Shown here in pieces: positions 1 through 13,485 of a stretch of 64,000 nucleotides of DNA (positions are counted from its first letter, which is position 1; each line of letters starts with the position of its first letter). The DNA is from Acanthaster planci (lineage: Eukaryota). The notes under the pieces were generated by a model that was not told where the DNA came from, searched no databases, and saw only the letters and a program-made list of their open reading frames with translations. The translations under genes and the position numbers were made by a program. The stretch is from contig NW_019091361.1 of NCBI RefSeq assembly GCF_001949145.1, positions 372,001 through 436,000 on the forward strand, given 5' to 3'.

Positions 1-1223
1 CCTTGGTGTCTGGCGGTTATAGAACCATGGGAACTTGAAGACACCGAGGGTGGCACAAAGTTACCGCCGTGGATGTTGTTGTTGAGATGGGGCAACCAGC
101 CACTAGTCAGAGAGGTTGGGGTGATGACAGAGGTAGGGATAGCACTTTGGTGTGTGCTCATCGGGTGAGAAGTTGTCATAGGGGGAGCATAACTTGAGAT
201 GTCCATGATGTCCTCAGACGCAGTGTAATCCTGATACAGGTTGTATAGAGAGAAAGAAAACGTGCAAGAATTATCAATATATTATTTATGATTTCCTTTT
301 AATATTAGACAACCAAGAGCTGTATAACTTTGTGAAGTTCACAAAATGTATGGAAATACATTTTGATCATACACGTAGGCAGAGTAGAGTATCAACTTAC
401 CGCTTCAACCTTTACAAGTTTGGCCGTTGTTGGATACATAATCGATCGCCACGGCCAATCGCCAGGACAATGAAGTATTGAAACAAAAAGTGAAACTTGC
501 CAACAAGTGAAATTCCTGGCCAGTCAATCAACTTGACCGCAACTTTACAAGTGACTTATTATGAACTCTCGTGGTTGTCTCTTTTATCAAAATCAACTCG
601 GTGAAGTCCAGAATGCAAGTGTTTGTAAATGCAGCGAGTTAAGTTACTAACATTCGCAGTAGTTGAGTGTAAGCCCCACCTTCTTCGTCCGGTACTACAA
701 ATTAACCTAATCCTGAACGGGGAGGAGCACCCATCCGCCCGGACATGCCGGAAGAGAAGTTTACCCGCATGACTTTGACTAAACCTCAGTGGGATCTTTG
801 CCACGAGTTGCGCAAAAAAGGTCACATGACAAATTTGCTTTTCTGGCAAGAGGACGGGATGTCACGCACTACGCACGCCAGATCCCCCAAAGTCCTTTCT
901 TCTTCAGAAATCTATCTGTACTGGATAGGTCGACGACCCGGGTTGAGGTACTCTAAGAAGGGCATACATGTAGACTTGAAAAACTAGTCATCAGCTATAT
1001 AAAGAACGATGATGCACGCCACTTCAGACCTTTCACCACAAAGAAGTCCCTGGAAAGACTGAATCACACTTAACTGCTCAAGCAAGAGACAAAAATTTAA
1101 AGTGTTACATACCTCCCCATCTGCTGGAATGGCTCCAGTAGACATGGTGGTCAGCACGTCGTTCAGGTTCTTCATGAGGTTCGTCACGCCTTCTTTGGAT
1201 GGCAACGTAACGTTGGGGTACAT
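1..1223 (-). CDS. Fos: Fos-like bZIP transcription factor, 5' part (gene continues beyond the left edge; bZIP not in window)
   Basis: Exon 1a 1223-1113 (MYPNVTLPSKEGVTNLMKNLNDVLTTMSTGAIPADGE, donor GAG|GTATGT, phase 0) or exon 1b 439-401 joins exon 2 (230-1, acceptor ttttctttctctctatacaacctgtatcag). Exon 2 is open: DYTASEDIMDISSYAPPMTTSHPMSTHQSAIPTSVITPTSLTSGWLPHLNNNIHGGNFVPPSVSSSSHGSITARHQ. The motifs VLTTMSTG, PTSVITPTSL and NFVPP resemble the ILSSMAxG / TPTLTPTT / GFVPP motifs I recall from invertebrate Fos N-termini. The exon structure is seen directly; the family call is inference. Confidence 0.6.
401..439 (-). CDS. Alternative first coding exon (1b) of the Fos-like gene
   Basis: ATG TAT CCA ACA ACG GCC AAA CTT GTA AAG GTT GAA GCG|GTAAGT = MYPTTAKLVKVEA. 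Consensus donor, phase 0, in frame with exon 2 at 230. Confidence 0.55.
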
Positions 1224-1420
1224 GCCAAGCAGTTGGCTACAACGAAAAAATCTAGCTCTCTCTTGGGCGCACAAGTCTCTAAATATTCCGCACTTCCGTT
1301 GAGGCTCTATATTCTGTAGGATGAATAACAATGTCTTTAGTGTCTTTTAGATTCGGTGAGCTTCGGAAGAGTTCGTATGTTCGTTCGGGAAAGGCTCGTT
1401 TGTCAGGGCTTCCACTATGA

Positions 1421-1949
1421 TGAGTCACAACTGATGCTATTGGGGTTGTCCCAGAATCTCATCGTATTATATACATTCAGCTCCGCAGATCTGCATGGGC
1501 TTGCGCTTGCATTCACACGTACACTCACGTTCCGTTCTATTTTCGGAGTGTGATGTAACCTACTATGATATTAATATTCATGTTCGTTTGCCAGAAGCGT
1601 TAACGTGTGGAATGGCGAGATCGTGCGCGTCATAGAAGTTCCCTTTTGGCTTTCGCATTTTTTGTACAGCTTTTCCATCTGCAAGAGCACTAATAAATGT
1701 CTCAAATTCTACAAGGATCAATAAACCACAAATTCTTGATATCCTACAAGAAAATCAACCTAAATTCTGTGGCGCGATTGCCGGAGCTAATTTTCTGGAC
1801 CTTTCCAGAAGATTATAAATATTCATATCTGTTGCATATTCATGTTGCTAAGCGACAGTCTTTTATTTACATAAATAAATAACCCGGCCGTGCGTCATAA
1901 GCTATTCACCATTCATTTCTGCGTGCATAGGGCGAATCCTCTGACGTCA
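1421..1949 (-). promoter_or_regulatory. Candidate immediate-early-type promoter of the Fos-like gene
   Basis: Minus-strand TATATAA at 1473-1467, Inr-like TCAGTT at 1434-1429, AP-1 site TGAGTCA at 1421-1427, full CRE TGACGTCA at 1942-1949. TATA-Inr spacing (about 40 nt) is longer than canonical. Confidence 0.45.
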
Positions 1950-2017
1950 AACCGGTTATCCAATCACTATCACTGTTTACTATAACTGGTTGCTAGCAAC
2001 ACGAAATGTGCGCGTAC

Positions 2018-2291
2018 TGCACTGCACTGTACACTGTACATGTACATGTACATATGCATGACATGTACTGTACATGTACATGTACGTGTATATGTAGCCT
2101 ATTATACACGTACTGTACATGTACTGTACACAATGTACATGACATGTACATGTACATATTGTGAACGTATTATACATGTACATTGTACATGTATAATACG
2201 TTCACAATATGTACACATGTACATGTACAAATACATTACATCTACAATGTACTGTACAGGTATATGTATATGTACATGTGTACATATGCGT
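2018..2291. repeat. Degenerate (TGTACA/TACATG)n microsatellite
   Basis: Run of tgtacatgtacatgtacat variants. Short copies recur near 3990, 4880, 19092, 44418, 46937, 59504 and 61995. Confidence 0.9.
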
Positions 2292-5200
2292 ATTAATTTT
2301 GATCTGTAGTGAGGTGCCCTTAATTAGGGCATGGGGGGAACACCCATGTGGTTTCAATAAGTAGACTCAAAAAGTAGTTGTTCCTTTTCACCTTAGTTAT
2401 TTATCGATCCTAGAAAATTTTTTTTTTATTAATCTTGGTCTATTGGAAAAAATCTGTCAAATTCATTTTGGAAAATTGTACCCAAAACAGGATATTGCAG
2501 GATTTTAATACTACTACTACTTCATCAAAATATCCATACGGAATAAATTGTAGAAATGTTGAGATTTAATTTAATTTATTCAATTATTCAGTTAGTAATC
2601 TTGCATAGCGAGTTTGCGTTGTGACCTGAATTATCATAATTCAACCTCGAATAACAAGACGCTGTATATATGCTCCTTGTGTAAGGCACTAAATTTAGAA
2701 TTCTCAGTAGAGTTACATCGACCGCCTAAAGTAGTTTCTTAGCCGATTGCTTAATGGAATAAATTATGCTGTGGTGGTGCATATATGCCTGCACGACCAT
2801 GCTTCATCAGTGTCGGTTAAGAGTGGCACTCTTAGATGGCCAGCGACAGGACAACTCGCTCTTCAAGCCCGTTTTTCAGATTTTCCAGATTGAGATGTAT
2901 TAATCATGCTCCACTTATAAAAGACTTTCTAATAAAAGAAAAATATTCTGCACTGTTATTGACTGCACTTGGTTTGTAAATATTGCATTTAAACGTTCTT
3001 GTAACTGTTTAATAAGCCCTGCATGACATGGACAATTTCTATAACTTTTATAAACATTCATTTCTCCGCGTACGTTTCGTGTGAACCATTTTTATGTTAT
3101 CAAGAATGTTAATAATTGGTTGCCTGTATGTGTATTTTAATAAACATTGCTGTTACTAAGGAAAATTGCCACTATTATATTTCATGCACTACATAGATTC
3201 CTTTTCGGTGGAGGTTGGTTCTACTTTTTATTTTGTTAATCGCCGTCTTTAAATCGACTGATTACGTCTCAGTTTCGACTTGCAGACTGTTTTCCAAATT
3301 TACGCGAAACTTATGAATATTTGAATGAAATCATTACAGAGTTTTCCCATTTAACTTCATTAGTATTTGACGATTTTTAATTTATTTTTTATGTCATCCT
3401 TTGGTCAATTTCACGGAGCTGAGAAACATGGAATTTAGCATAGAACCAGAAACATACGTTACCAGGCTCATATTTTTATCAGCGCAAATTGTTCGGTTTT
3501 TGCACAATAAATTTTATAATAAACAAATGACTTTCTTTAATAGTTGCGATAGATAAGACAAATAAGATTAGTCACATATAAACAGGAATGTGTTTTCTAA
3601 GCTTACTGTGGAAGGTTATAAATGAATGATAACGCAAATAATATGTCTTTGTCACATTCCATTCGGTCAATGCCGCTGGTACATCCCACGCTGTAAATAC
3701 TATTGTTCGTATATATAGTCTGGAATTTTTCATGGTTTCCTCTGGTAATACAATTTAGGGCGTGGACAAACACTCTACACCTTCAACATATTTGGCTGAG
3801 GGGATGTGGCTGATATACTGTAGGATACATTCCATCATTGTGAGCATCGTCACAATAAAAGCTAATTGTGACAAGAATAACCGCAAGTCTTGGGATATCC
3901 CTCAGTTATGACTCAGCTTCACTCCTATTTATACTTCCACGATGCCATGCACCCGAAACAATGGACCGAAGTGTACATACATTCGTGTATATGTACATGT
4001 ACATGAATTTTGTATTTGTACTTAGCAACCGGCCGCTGCGTACCCGCGCCTTTTGTAAGATGGATTTGATTACTGAGCTACGCAGACACGTGTAAGCTAT
4101 TACGCATGATCTATACGCCAAAAGGCAAGGGCGTGTTGCAGTAACGCCCATGCTCAATCCGTGCTCGTCCAAGAACTCAAGAGAAAAATACCGATAGCCC
4201 AACGCCAGCAGCGTCGTGATCGATTGTCATTGTCTTGGTAGCAGTCCTTTGTTTAGTCAAGGAGATTCCGCGGAAATACCATGTGAAATTCTTCGCATAC
4301 CACACATACCTCGATGAGTTTTACTTAATACGCCATTCCACACACTGGATACCAGGATTTCAGATCTCGCTAAGTGATTAGTGTTCTGTGGTTCAATTAT
4401 GCTTGGTCCCGTGCCTTAATATACTCATCTATAGTGTTGCTGTATAATTTGTTAATACGGAACTTGTGGACTGAGTATTGTCGACGAGGTACACACACGC
4501 AAGTCGTTTAGGCTTTACACATATTATTTTCATATCGCACATGTATTCTTGGTGAAATATTTAATCTTTCAGCTTCCAAACCTACCTTGCTTTACAGTGT
4601 AGCAGGTTCCGTGACCAGTTATTGTCGTCTAACTTGAAGTAAGTCTTGTACAGCAAAGGCAACTAACCAGTCATCCAATTTATTGCTTTACTTGGCATAT
4701 ATAGTTCGCTTTGTTTCTCTCCCCTTGTTTTTGATGTGACAACATTTATCCAAACCTCCAGCTCCTTTTATGTTAAGAATTGACGCGCTGCACTGTCAGA
4801 ATGATATTTTTGTACTCTGACTAAATTTCGCTTCAGCCAAAAGAACAACTGCTATGTAAAATACGGAAGTAGCGTATAATGTACATGTACACTCACCTGG
4901 TTGAATATCGTACCTCGCACTCTGATTCATTTTCACTTTCAAGTATACAAAACAATCATACAATAAACGTTGATTTGAAGGCAAAGGGCGATGCCAATCG
5001 AATTATATCAACTCAATTTTTAAAATAATCACAAATTACAGTATATATATCCTCTTTTATAAATATACCAATTTGTACTCAGAGTCTTAGTTCTTCTTTT
5101 CCAACTCGCAACATGCTATATTTTCTAATTCCTCAAAAGAGGGCTTGGCAAATTCAAACATGAAAGACCCAACAATAATTATTATACCAGTATATTGGTA

Positions 5201-7332
5201 TTCAAGTGCATTGCGATTTTTTAGTTTGATCCAGTTCTCTCTTTTGCTCTGAATTATTGAGTAAATTTAAAATCGACATGTGTCTCATGTTGTTTTACTT
5301 TATTCATTTAAGTATTCTTACAGTATTTACATTTATATGGAGAGGAGCTGACGTTACGTTTTGTCAGTATATGATTGTGATTTAAACTGTTGTCAATAAA
5401 AACACGCATAATGGCATTTTACTCACACGCCTGAAAACCACATGATCCCTTTCATAGTTATCTGAGCAAAAACAGTGGCTGGTGTTCCGTTTCAGCCAAG
5501 AAAATCCCCAATACTATTGTTTCTTGTGTTCTCCGTTATATGCTCTGACATATCACTTCCGTGTCCATCCGGAAGGAATACGAGAAAAACAAATGAAACA
5601 CAAATAGGAAAAAATAACAAATCCACTGACGTCGTTTACTCAATAACTGTCAAGGTCGTAAAAGTCTTATTATGACATAATAATTGTCATGGTCACATGG
5701 TTTAGGAATGATGCAAATTTCCTTCTTAGATTTGGTTCTTTTTAGGATCTTTCCCTTGTAATGTCAGCAGTTAGTTTTAAATGTCCAGATGTCAGCGGAT
5801 CAATGGCCTGCGATGAACTCAATTGCGATTGACTTGCAGCACTGATGGTATACACACCTTTAGTTTAAGAGGATACGTGTGAGAAGGCTTTTTATTCATT
5901 ATTTATAATTGGATACACCAAAATATCATAACTTATATTATTATATAATTATATTTTTGGAAAGCTGCTGTGTGGATTTTTATACTTCTGCGTCGCACTC
6001 AATTTGCCATTCTGCAAGGACCGTTTTAAAGCAATAGAAAGGGGGAATACCTCACTGGAACAAGTGTACCTAATATCATATACTACCAAATGCCTCCTTT
6101 CCTGATGGAAAGATGATTTAAAATTTGTAGAAAGTATAGCAATTCCTATTGTAAAAATATTTTCTTATTGCTGAGCCTGTGTTGACTTTATGTTGAGTTT
6201 ACATTATGCGAATGCGTGCTTAGTTATTGGCTCGATCACGATATTATTTTGAAGGTCAAATTTCAGAATTGTTTTCAATTTTTTGTTCAAAGAATTGATG
6301 AGTCATGTTTCATTTTTTAACGCTGAAACTTCTGAAGTTGTTTACTTTGTGGCAAATCACTACGAACCCTTCCTGAAAACATCGAAAGTAAAAGCAATGA
6401 AGCAAGACTGTATTGTCGATATGCAACGTGCAATGCCTGGAATTACATAACATTGTTTAATTCCTTCCGCATCTATGTCAGTAAGGATTTATAATTAGAT
6501 AACTTCGATCACTTTACCTCGGCAGTCGAGAGACATCCGTCCCTTAATGCTTGTTTTTAGGGGTATCTTTTGTTTGTTTTCCAGCAACCGTTGTATTTCT
6601 TTGCAAGGTGTAGACATTGATTCGTTCCTAAGTTCACACAAAAAGACGGGGCCACTACCAAGAAGAAATTTTCAGTTTGTGAGAGGATCATAAATGACGA
6701 ACGCAATAATATCTAGTTTGTGCATAATACATCCTCAGTTTTCACAAACATTTTCACTCCTTTGATTTATTGTGGAAGAAATTTAAATTTGAAATGAAAA
6801 ATTATCTTGACAGGCAAATTCATCTAAAGAAAAAAAAGCCCACTCTAGTACTTACAGTAATGCGTTTAATAAGTAGGTTGTACCACAGTTTATGACTTTA
6901 AAAGGTAGTAAAATGTGGCTGCATAATCTTACAGCTGTCGCACCGGCATGGTTCCCAACTTTGTCGCCGAAAAATGACCGGCTTGACAATTCATTGTCTG
7001 TCAAGTACGTGTGACTAGGTCAACTTTAACGTCAGGGCTGTACTTTCCGTTGAGTGGAGTATCAGCTTGAGGTAAACAGGTATTTATAAAAAATTATCAG
7101 AAAGAAACGAATAAAACGTTGACTTTTATATGATGTAGTTTTTGACAGCCATGCCTTTTTCTATAATTTCTTATTTCTTTTCAGAGTAACCGGAACGTTA
7201 CAAGCAATTGTTCATTGATTGAAATTGATTTGATTTCAAATACAGTCAGAATTTTGGGCTTTTTTACAAATTTGCAAAAAGAGATACGAGTACCCCACAT
7301 GGAGCGTCATTTTAGTTTTGGACTGGAAAATA

Positions 7333-7396
7333 AAAGCCGATTCAAAGCCGATTCAATAGATTCAAGCCGATTCAAAGCCGATTCAATCTGAAGCCG
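7333..7396. repeat. Short tandem repeat, ~11-bp unit AAAGCCGATTC
   Basis: aaagccgattc aaagccgattc aatagattc aagccgattc aaagccgattc aatctgaagccg. Confidence 0.8.
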
Positions 7397-10300
7397 CAAC
7401 ATTCAAGAAGCGCAAGTCTATATCTTTTACTTACTTATTAAGAGCCAAAAAACAGCCAATTGATTGTTCGAATACGAGCACTACATATATAAACCATAAT
7501 GGTTCGTTTACTTTATAATTTACACACTTAAAGTAGCAGCTTGTCGAGTTCCCTGCAAGACGATTCTTTTATACAAAAGTTGGTCAAGAACTTCTTAAAT
7601 CTTATGAAAATATACATGTACTTTAGAGTAAAGTTATAGAGTAAAATGAGTTAAATTAAAGTGTCCTTCACTTTTCAGGAATATAGTCTGAAGAGTTGAA
7701 CAATGTCAACCAGGATTTCTTTCATACATGGTTCTGCGATAGAAATTGTTCCCCAATTGCTAACTTTAAGTTGAGACAGTTTCTCGGCATTCTTGAGCGT
7801 CCTTGTGACGTTTTATGAGACGTCATCGTACAACCCAGTGGGTTTAATTGTTTCAGATAAAGGGACCTTTTACGTCGTCGTTGTTCCATTCTCTCGGAGG
7901 TAATGGTCTGTTTGAGTAACGTACATTCCAGGTGCCCCATTTACGTCACTGGCTAATCTTTTCATGCGACTGAACAATGGATTTTTTCTATCGCACTTGG
8001 TAAACAGCTTCAGCGCTTTTGCCAAACTCGATTTGGCAATATCAAAGTTTTACGCGCTACTGGCCGTGAAAGCCGGGTCCCAGGTATGTTCCCAGGTCTG
8101 CTAGGCTGTATGAAAAAGTGACCTGTTGAATATAGTCTGCAGTTAATTCTTGCTATGGATACATTTCACCGTCGTCTAACTACGACATCATTCACTATTT
8201 TCAGTGGTGAGGTAGGCTTTAACATTCAACTCGAATCTCCCTGTACAATGTCTTTACACATAAACACGGCTTCATTTGATTTAATTGCTCGAAAAGATTA
8301 GGACAAGGTGACAAATATTGTCTAAAAAAGATCATCATATTCCATTTTGTAGTTGACAGTACAGGTACATGTATATTAGGCCCTGTACTCCATGTTAAAG
8401 AAGGCAAGTTACTACATGCAGACGAACGTTGTTCTCCGACTTATTAATGACGTCATGTTACATTTCATCAGCAAAAAAAAGTTCAGTAAACTGAATAGAC
8501 TGAGAATATGGACAGAATAAAAATGTCAACATCAAATATATAATACAACAGATATTTTAGAGCCTATAAGGCTGGCAACATGAAAGCTGGAAGACACCAG
8601 TCTCATAAGTAGGTTAACTGATTCACGTATAGGTTGACAGCATCGTCCCAATTCTGTCGGTCCTAAAGGCCTACTTTAGGCCCTCTAGGATTTTTTTCTG
8701 GGTCACACATTAGTCATGTATATGGCCTATTACAGGTAGGTGCTCAGTTTGGACATTAACTTTTGGAATTCAGGTACCATGAAGCAAAAACCACTCTTTC
8801 AAGTGTTTATAGGCCCTCTCTTTCTTTGCTTCAGCAAAAAACAATATTTGTACAAACTGTGTGAAGCTGCATGGGGGAAATAACAAATTATCCGGTATAA
8901 TTTGAGCATTCTTGAGTCATTATGCCATTATGTTCTGCTATAAATTAGATGAGGCAAGAAACAGATTTACTGAAGGGGCAGGATTATTTCCATCTTTATG
9001 AATCGTTAAAGTGCTTACTATTTTCTGGCTGCAGCTTTTGCATATGACAGTATTTCACTCAAATATGACAGTATTTGCCTCAAAATGCACTCATGCCTTG
9101 TATTGAGGAAGTTCTGTTATTTAGTATCTTGTAGTAGGCCCATATTTAATGAAATTGTCTTACCTTTGTACCGACGGCCGGCCATGTATGTGAATTTGCC
9201 AACAACTTGCAGGTAAAACCCATGACTGTAACTTAGCGAGACAAATACTTATTGTAATTAATCTGTCGTCATTCAGTTAGTACTGTATGGGAACTTGAGA
9301 AGGGGCCCAGTTATGAAGAGAATCTCGGTTTTTACAATTTACTGCAGGGTGTGAACCATGTACAGTTATAACTGTCAAGTGTGATGGGGGGGTGCTACAA
9401 AAATTTCGAATCGTTCGGCACACAGGACAGACACAGGACTGCCACGTAAAGCTAAATGAAAAATGTAACAATGCAAGATAAATTTTTCAGTTGTGTCCCT
9501 GTTTCCATTTACTCGATCGTGGCAAGGAAGGAAAAGATCTCTAAAAAATATTTATGGAAAAGCAAGGTCACACTCGTGACATTATGTCATGGAATATGAA
9601 TGTCAGAAGGAGGCGGAAGAATAATTTCTATGTAATGGTAAGTATCCAAGCCCATATCATCGTGTTTGTAAACTATAAAAGAATAATTTCAAGTGACAAC
9701 TTCGATACAAAAGTGGTAACTTGGACTAAAAGAGAATACATATCGTGTGCTTTTTGCGCATGACCGACTGTGCTTTGAAGCACCTCGTGATGGTGCACAA
9801 TACCTATTTTTAGCGTATGAAGTAACCATGGTGTGAGGGAGGTACCATTAAATTAAGCTCGGGTAATAAATGACACGTGAGCGTCTTTCGTCAAACCTTT
9901 TGTAGTTTGAAGTGGAACAGTCTACTGGTGGTTCCTTATCAGAATTTTATATAGATAAGTGTTAGATTATGCATGGAGTGACGATAGTCGTTATAAATAC
10001 AGAGGAGGTCTGTAACAATGAAGAAGTCGTCCAAAGTCCACATTTCAGCTTGAATGAGTTCAAAGAGTAACTTTTCAGCTTCCAGTGCATGTTGAATTCT
10101 TGAAAATGTATCGGTCTGCAGATCGAACGGTCACAGACGTGAATTCATAGACGTAATTCAAGAAGTTGTGCAGTTTGACAAACTGGATCCTTTTCATCTA
10201 TCCTAATCGCGTTTGCAACTGTTATGTCCTCTGTCTAGGAAAGAAGGGGTTTCAAATGTATATTGAATGGACCATGATGTTTCCAAAAATATTAAAAGAA

Positions 10301-11972
10301 AACTTTGACCTGTTCAAATGCTAAATTTTTTCTCAATTCTTCTCCTACAAAGGTGCCGACTACATCCTTCTCTTTCTCAAAAATTCAAATCATTGCCAAT
10401 GACAAACTATGCATGTTCTAGAATAACACGAACAAAGTCTGAAAAACAATGAAAAACAACATGAAAACAATCGTTTCTTATGGTACTTGCTCTGACGTTA
10501 ATCGAACACGTAAGTTCTGCAGCATAACAATTCCATTTCGTTAGCGTCAACAAACCGTCACCAACCGCTCAGGAAGTCACAGCGCAATGGTTCGTGTTAA
10601 AATCATTCAAATTAACGTATTCTTTTCATGTACACACGAATAAAAATGCAGTTACTGCTTCTTTGTGTGAATATTGAAGTAGTTTACTAAGCATTGTTTT
10701 CCTCTTAGTTTTGGAGCGATAAAAAATACTCCCACAATCTTTGCTTGAGATGACATGGCAGGATGGAATGAATATATCGCCTCCGCCCTATTCGTTCCCA
10801 AGTCTTGAAAGAATCTTAAAGTCACTATTCATGTTCCTGCGTTTTAGACAGAGATTGTCTTTGATTGACGGAAACGGCAGTTAGACTTTTCCCACAGGAA
10901 GCCAAATAGAGGAATAATCTCACGCAGAAAATGCAGCTATTCTCACAGGAGTCTACGCCTAAAGATTTTGCATCAATCCAAGTGGACACTATTTGAACGA
11001 TGCTGAGAAAATTCTATGCATAAGCCTTTGTGTCAATATTTGTCTTTATTAAAATAGGCTGTATGTTTTACGATCCAGCGGTGTATAATCTGATACTGAA
11101 GCACTCTTCGATACTGCCACTTTTTTCTGTCTGTCTTGCTAAATTTGACCGCAAACATCATAATGTAGCGATACTACAGTTACGCTTCATGATAAATTCT
11201 GGTGCAAGTTCGAGGACAACGCTTATTGTGTTCGTTGAAAGCAGAAGGCCTCAATATCCTCGCATTTTTAACCATTCACCTGATCTTGACGTTTCAATTT
11301 GACAAGGTCACATGAACAATGCAGAAGTGAGACAGCTGAAACAGTCCCAGAAATACACGTCTACTGAAACAGTTACGGTTCTTCAACGGAAGGACAGTAC
11401 TTGGTATGACACTCAATGTGCACCTGTTTGGTATTTATTTCGGTTGCACGTTATCATGTTCCCGAATAAATTTGAAACTACACTTTCGTTTAACTTGTAT
11501 TTTGGAAGTGTATTATGGACGGGGTAGTTTTGATTTTCGAATGGTATAAATTTTACAATACGTGTGCACGCACTTTTTAAAAAAAGAGTATGCAGACACC
11601 AGGTTGACATATCTTTTGTTAAAAAGTGAACCAATCTAGTGGAGATTTGAAAGTATGTTATCGAAGGAAAAACACCATTTGACAAAAATAAACGCCTGTG
11701 TAAGGAGCAAGGTTTTTGCTGCTTGGCCTATGTGCTACACAACAGAACCCTTCTGGTTGGGAGATTATTTGAAGTTTAGCATGCATGACACACGTGCGGT
11801 GATGTCAGATAATGTACAGTTAAAAGCGAATCAACATTTGTAATGTTTAATTCATTTCAACAGTAGCTATAAACCAAGAAAAGTGACATCAACACTTCTG
11901 GGTGAGCACCTCGCAAATAATCAAATACGATAAATGTATTTTCAGTTAGAATACCAAACGAAAGTCATGAAC

Positions 11973-12013
11973 TGCACTGCAAAAACGTAACACCCTGGGT
12001 GTTTTGCAGTGCA
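11973..12013. repeat. Small inverted repeat (possible miniature TIR-element remnant)
   Basis: tgcactgcaaaa...ttttgcagtgca arms around an inner caccc/gggtg stem. Confidence 0.55.
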
Positions 12014-13259
12014 CCGTTTTCGCATTCAAACCGCGGTTATGTTCGATGTTTTCGTAAATGGCTAGAAAAAACACACACATACATACAAGAATAATAATGA
12101 AGGAAAAAAAGACCCACCTCGCTTAAAAGTGAAATCTCAAAACTCATCAATGTCAATCGATAGACGGCAAGAGGGCCTCTTACGTGCAAGTTTAACAGAG
12201 GGCAAGTAGATCTTCCAAAGGCATGTTCGACCAGTCATTCATTTCCTCAAACCTGGAAATGACTTTCAACTTTTTTGTTTTACTGACAACGATGATACGT
12301 CTCCCGCTCCAGATGGGCCGCAAAGCCAACCGGAGCCGTTCATTACCGGCGAAATTGCCTGCTACCGTTTCTTGGTCCCCCAGCTGTGTGAACTTCAGTT
12401 CTTATAGGGGGATGCTATACACGACGTTTTGATGAAGTCATGATTTGTCAGTATTTCTGCATGCGAAGGTCTCTCACTAACTGAAAAACATTGAACATGA
12501 ATTCTAGAAGTTGCAAGGTCATTAATTTAGCATGATTCAAGTGATACAAAAAGAATGAAGAAACGGAATGGTTATTCTTATGCACAAAACTAATTATTAT
12601 CCTCAAGATTCTTGTAAAATAAAAATCAAGTTACATTGATAGCTCAAAATTTGAATGGTAAGATGATAAGAATACGTGTTAATGCATGTTTGTTTGCATG
12701 ACTAAAAGCTTCAGAAACAAACATTGAAAAGAAAATGTTGGTTTAAAAATTAAAATGAAAACACAATGCAGCCAATTTGGTATTCTTAATTCAATATTGG
12801 GTCATTTTCTTCATGTTATAGAAAAATGAAGAGAATAACAATTAATATCAATAAATAAGAAAGTACATTAATAAATAAGTTTTGGAAAGACATACTAGAG
12901 GTAAATCTTCGATTCCTGATTCGTGGCTCAAAGCACTTACGTGCGTCCGTCTTCCATCAAAACGGAAGGATATCACTCTCAGTCATGACGTCACAGCATT
13001 CAACAAAATGTCATTGTCAGAGTCGGCCCTTGGTGTCAGATAGTCACATGTACGGCTGGTGTTCCCTGACACTGAACCCGTATATCGGAAACGCCTACAC
13101 TACTAAGTAAAATCCTTCTTTCCTCTTAGGACAAGGAATTGTTGTCCGGCCAGCCTGTGACTTATAGCTGTCAACCTCGACCAGTTGATGCTACCTAGCT
13201 GTTGATGCAATATCAGCAGAAATGGGAAGGAAAGACTGACTATGTCATGGGTATATCCG

Positions 13260-13485
13260 CAATGGCGTATTCAGGTCTTGGTTTGGGGGGAGCAAAATAG
13301 AAATCTTTTTTAAAATGCCCCTCCAAATTTTTCATCTGTAAAAGAATTCTCATTATCCCTCCGGAAAAAAATAGCACCGTTTCTAAACTTCTGGTGTCTT
13401 CGATTAAAAAAAAAATCGGCAACCTGTGGGGGGGGGGACAAACTTGTCCCGTTTCCCCTGACACCCCACGCTAAATACGCCACTG
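13260..13485. mobile_element. Non-autonomous DNA transposon (MITE, CAGTGGCGTA-type termini, hAT-like)
   Basis: Left caatggcgtatt vs right aatacgccactg (11/12 inverted match), with internal poly-G tracts. No TSD recognisable. Confidence 0.6.

Noticed and set aside
1980..2309. ORFs rich in M/Y/T/C/V/H on both strands
   Set aside because: They are translations of the TACATG microsatellite, which lacks stop codons.
2317..2331. gcccttaattagggc as a serum response element upstream of the Fos-like gene
   Set aside because: It has seven, not six, A/T between CC and GG, so it is not a canonical CArG box.
7333..7396. CRISPR-like reading of short repeats (also 61700-62500)
   Set aside because: Eukaryotic context, units too short, no unique constant-length spacers and no cas genes.
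12191..12403. Minus-strand open stretch ELKFTQLGD...WSNMPLEDLLALC with an F-box-like end
   Set aside because: It is bounded by stops, has no convincing acceptor or partner exons, and the similarity is too short.
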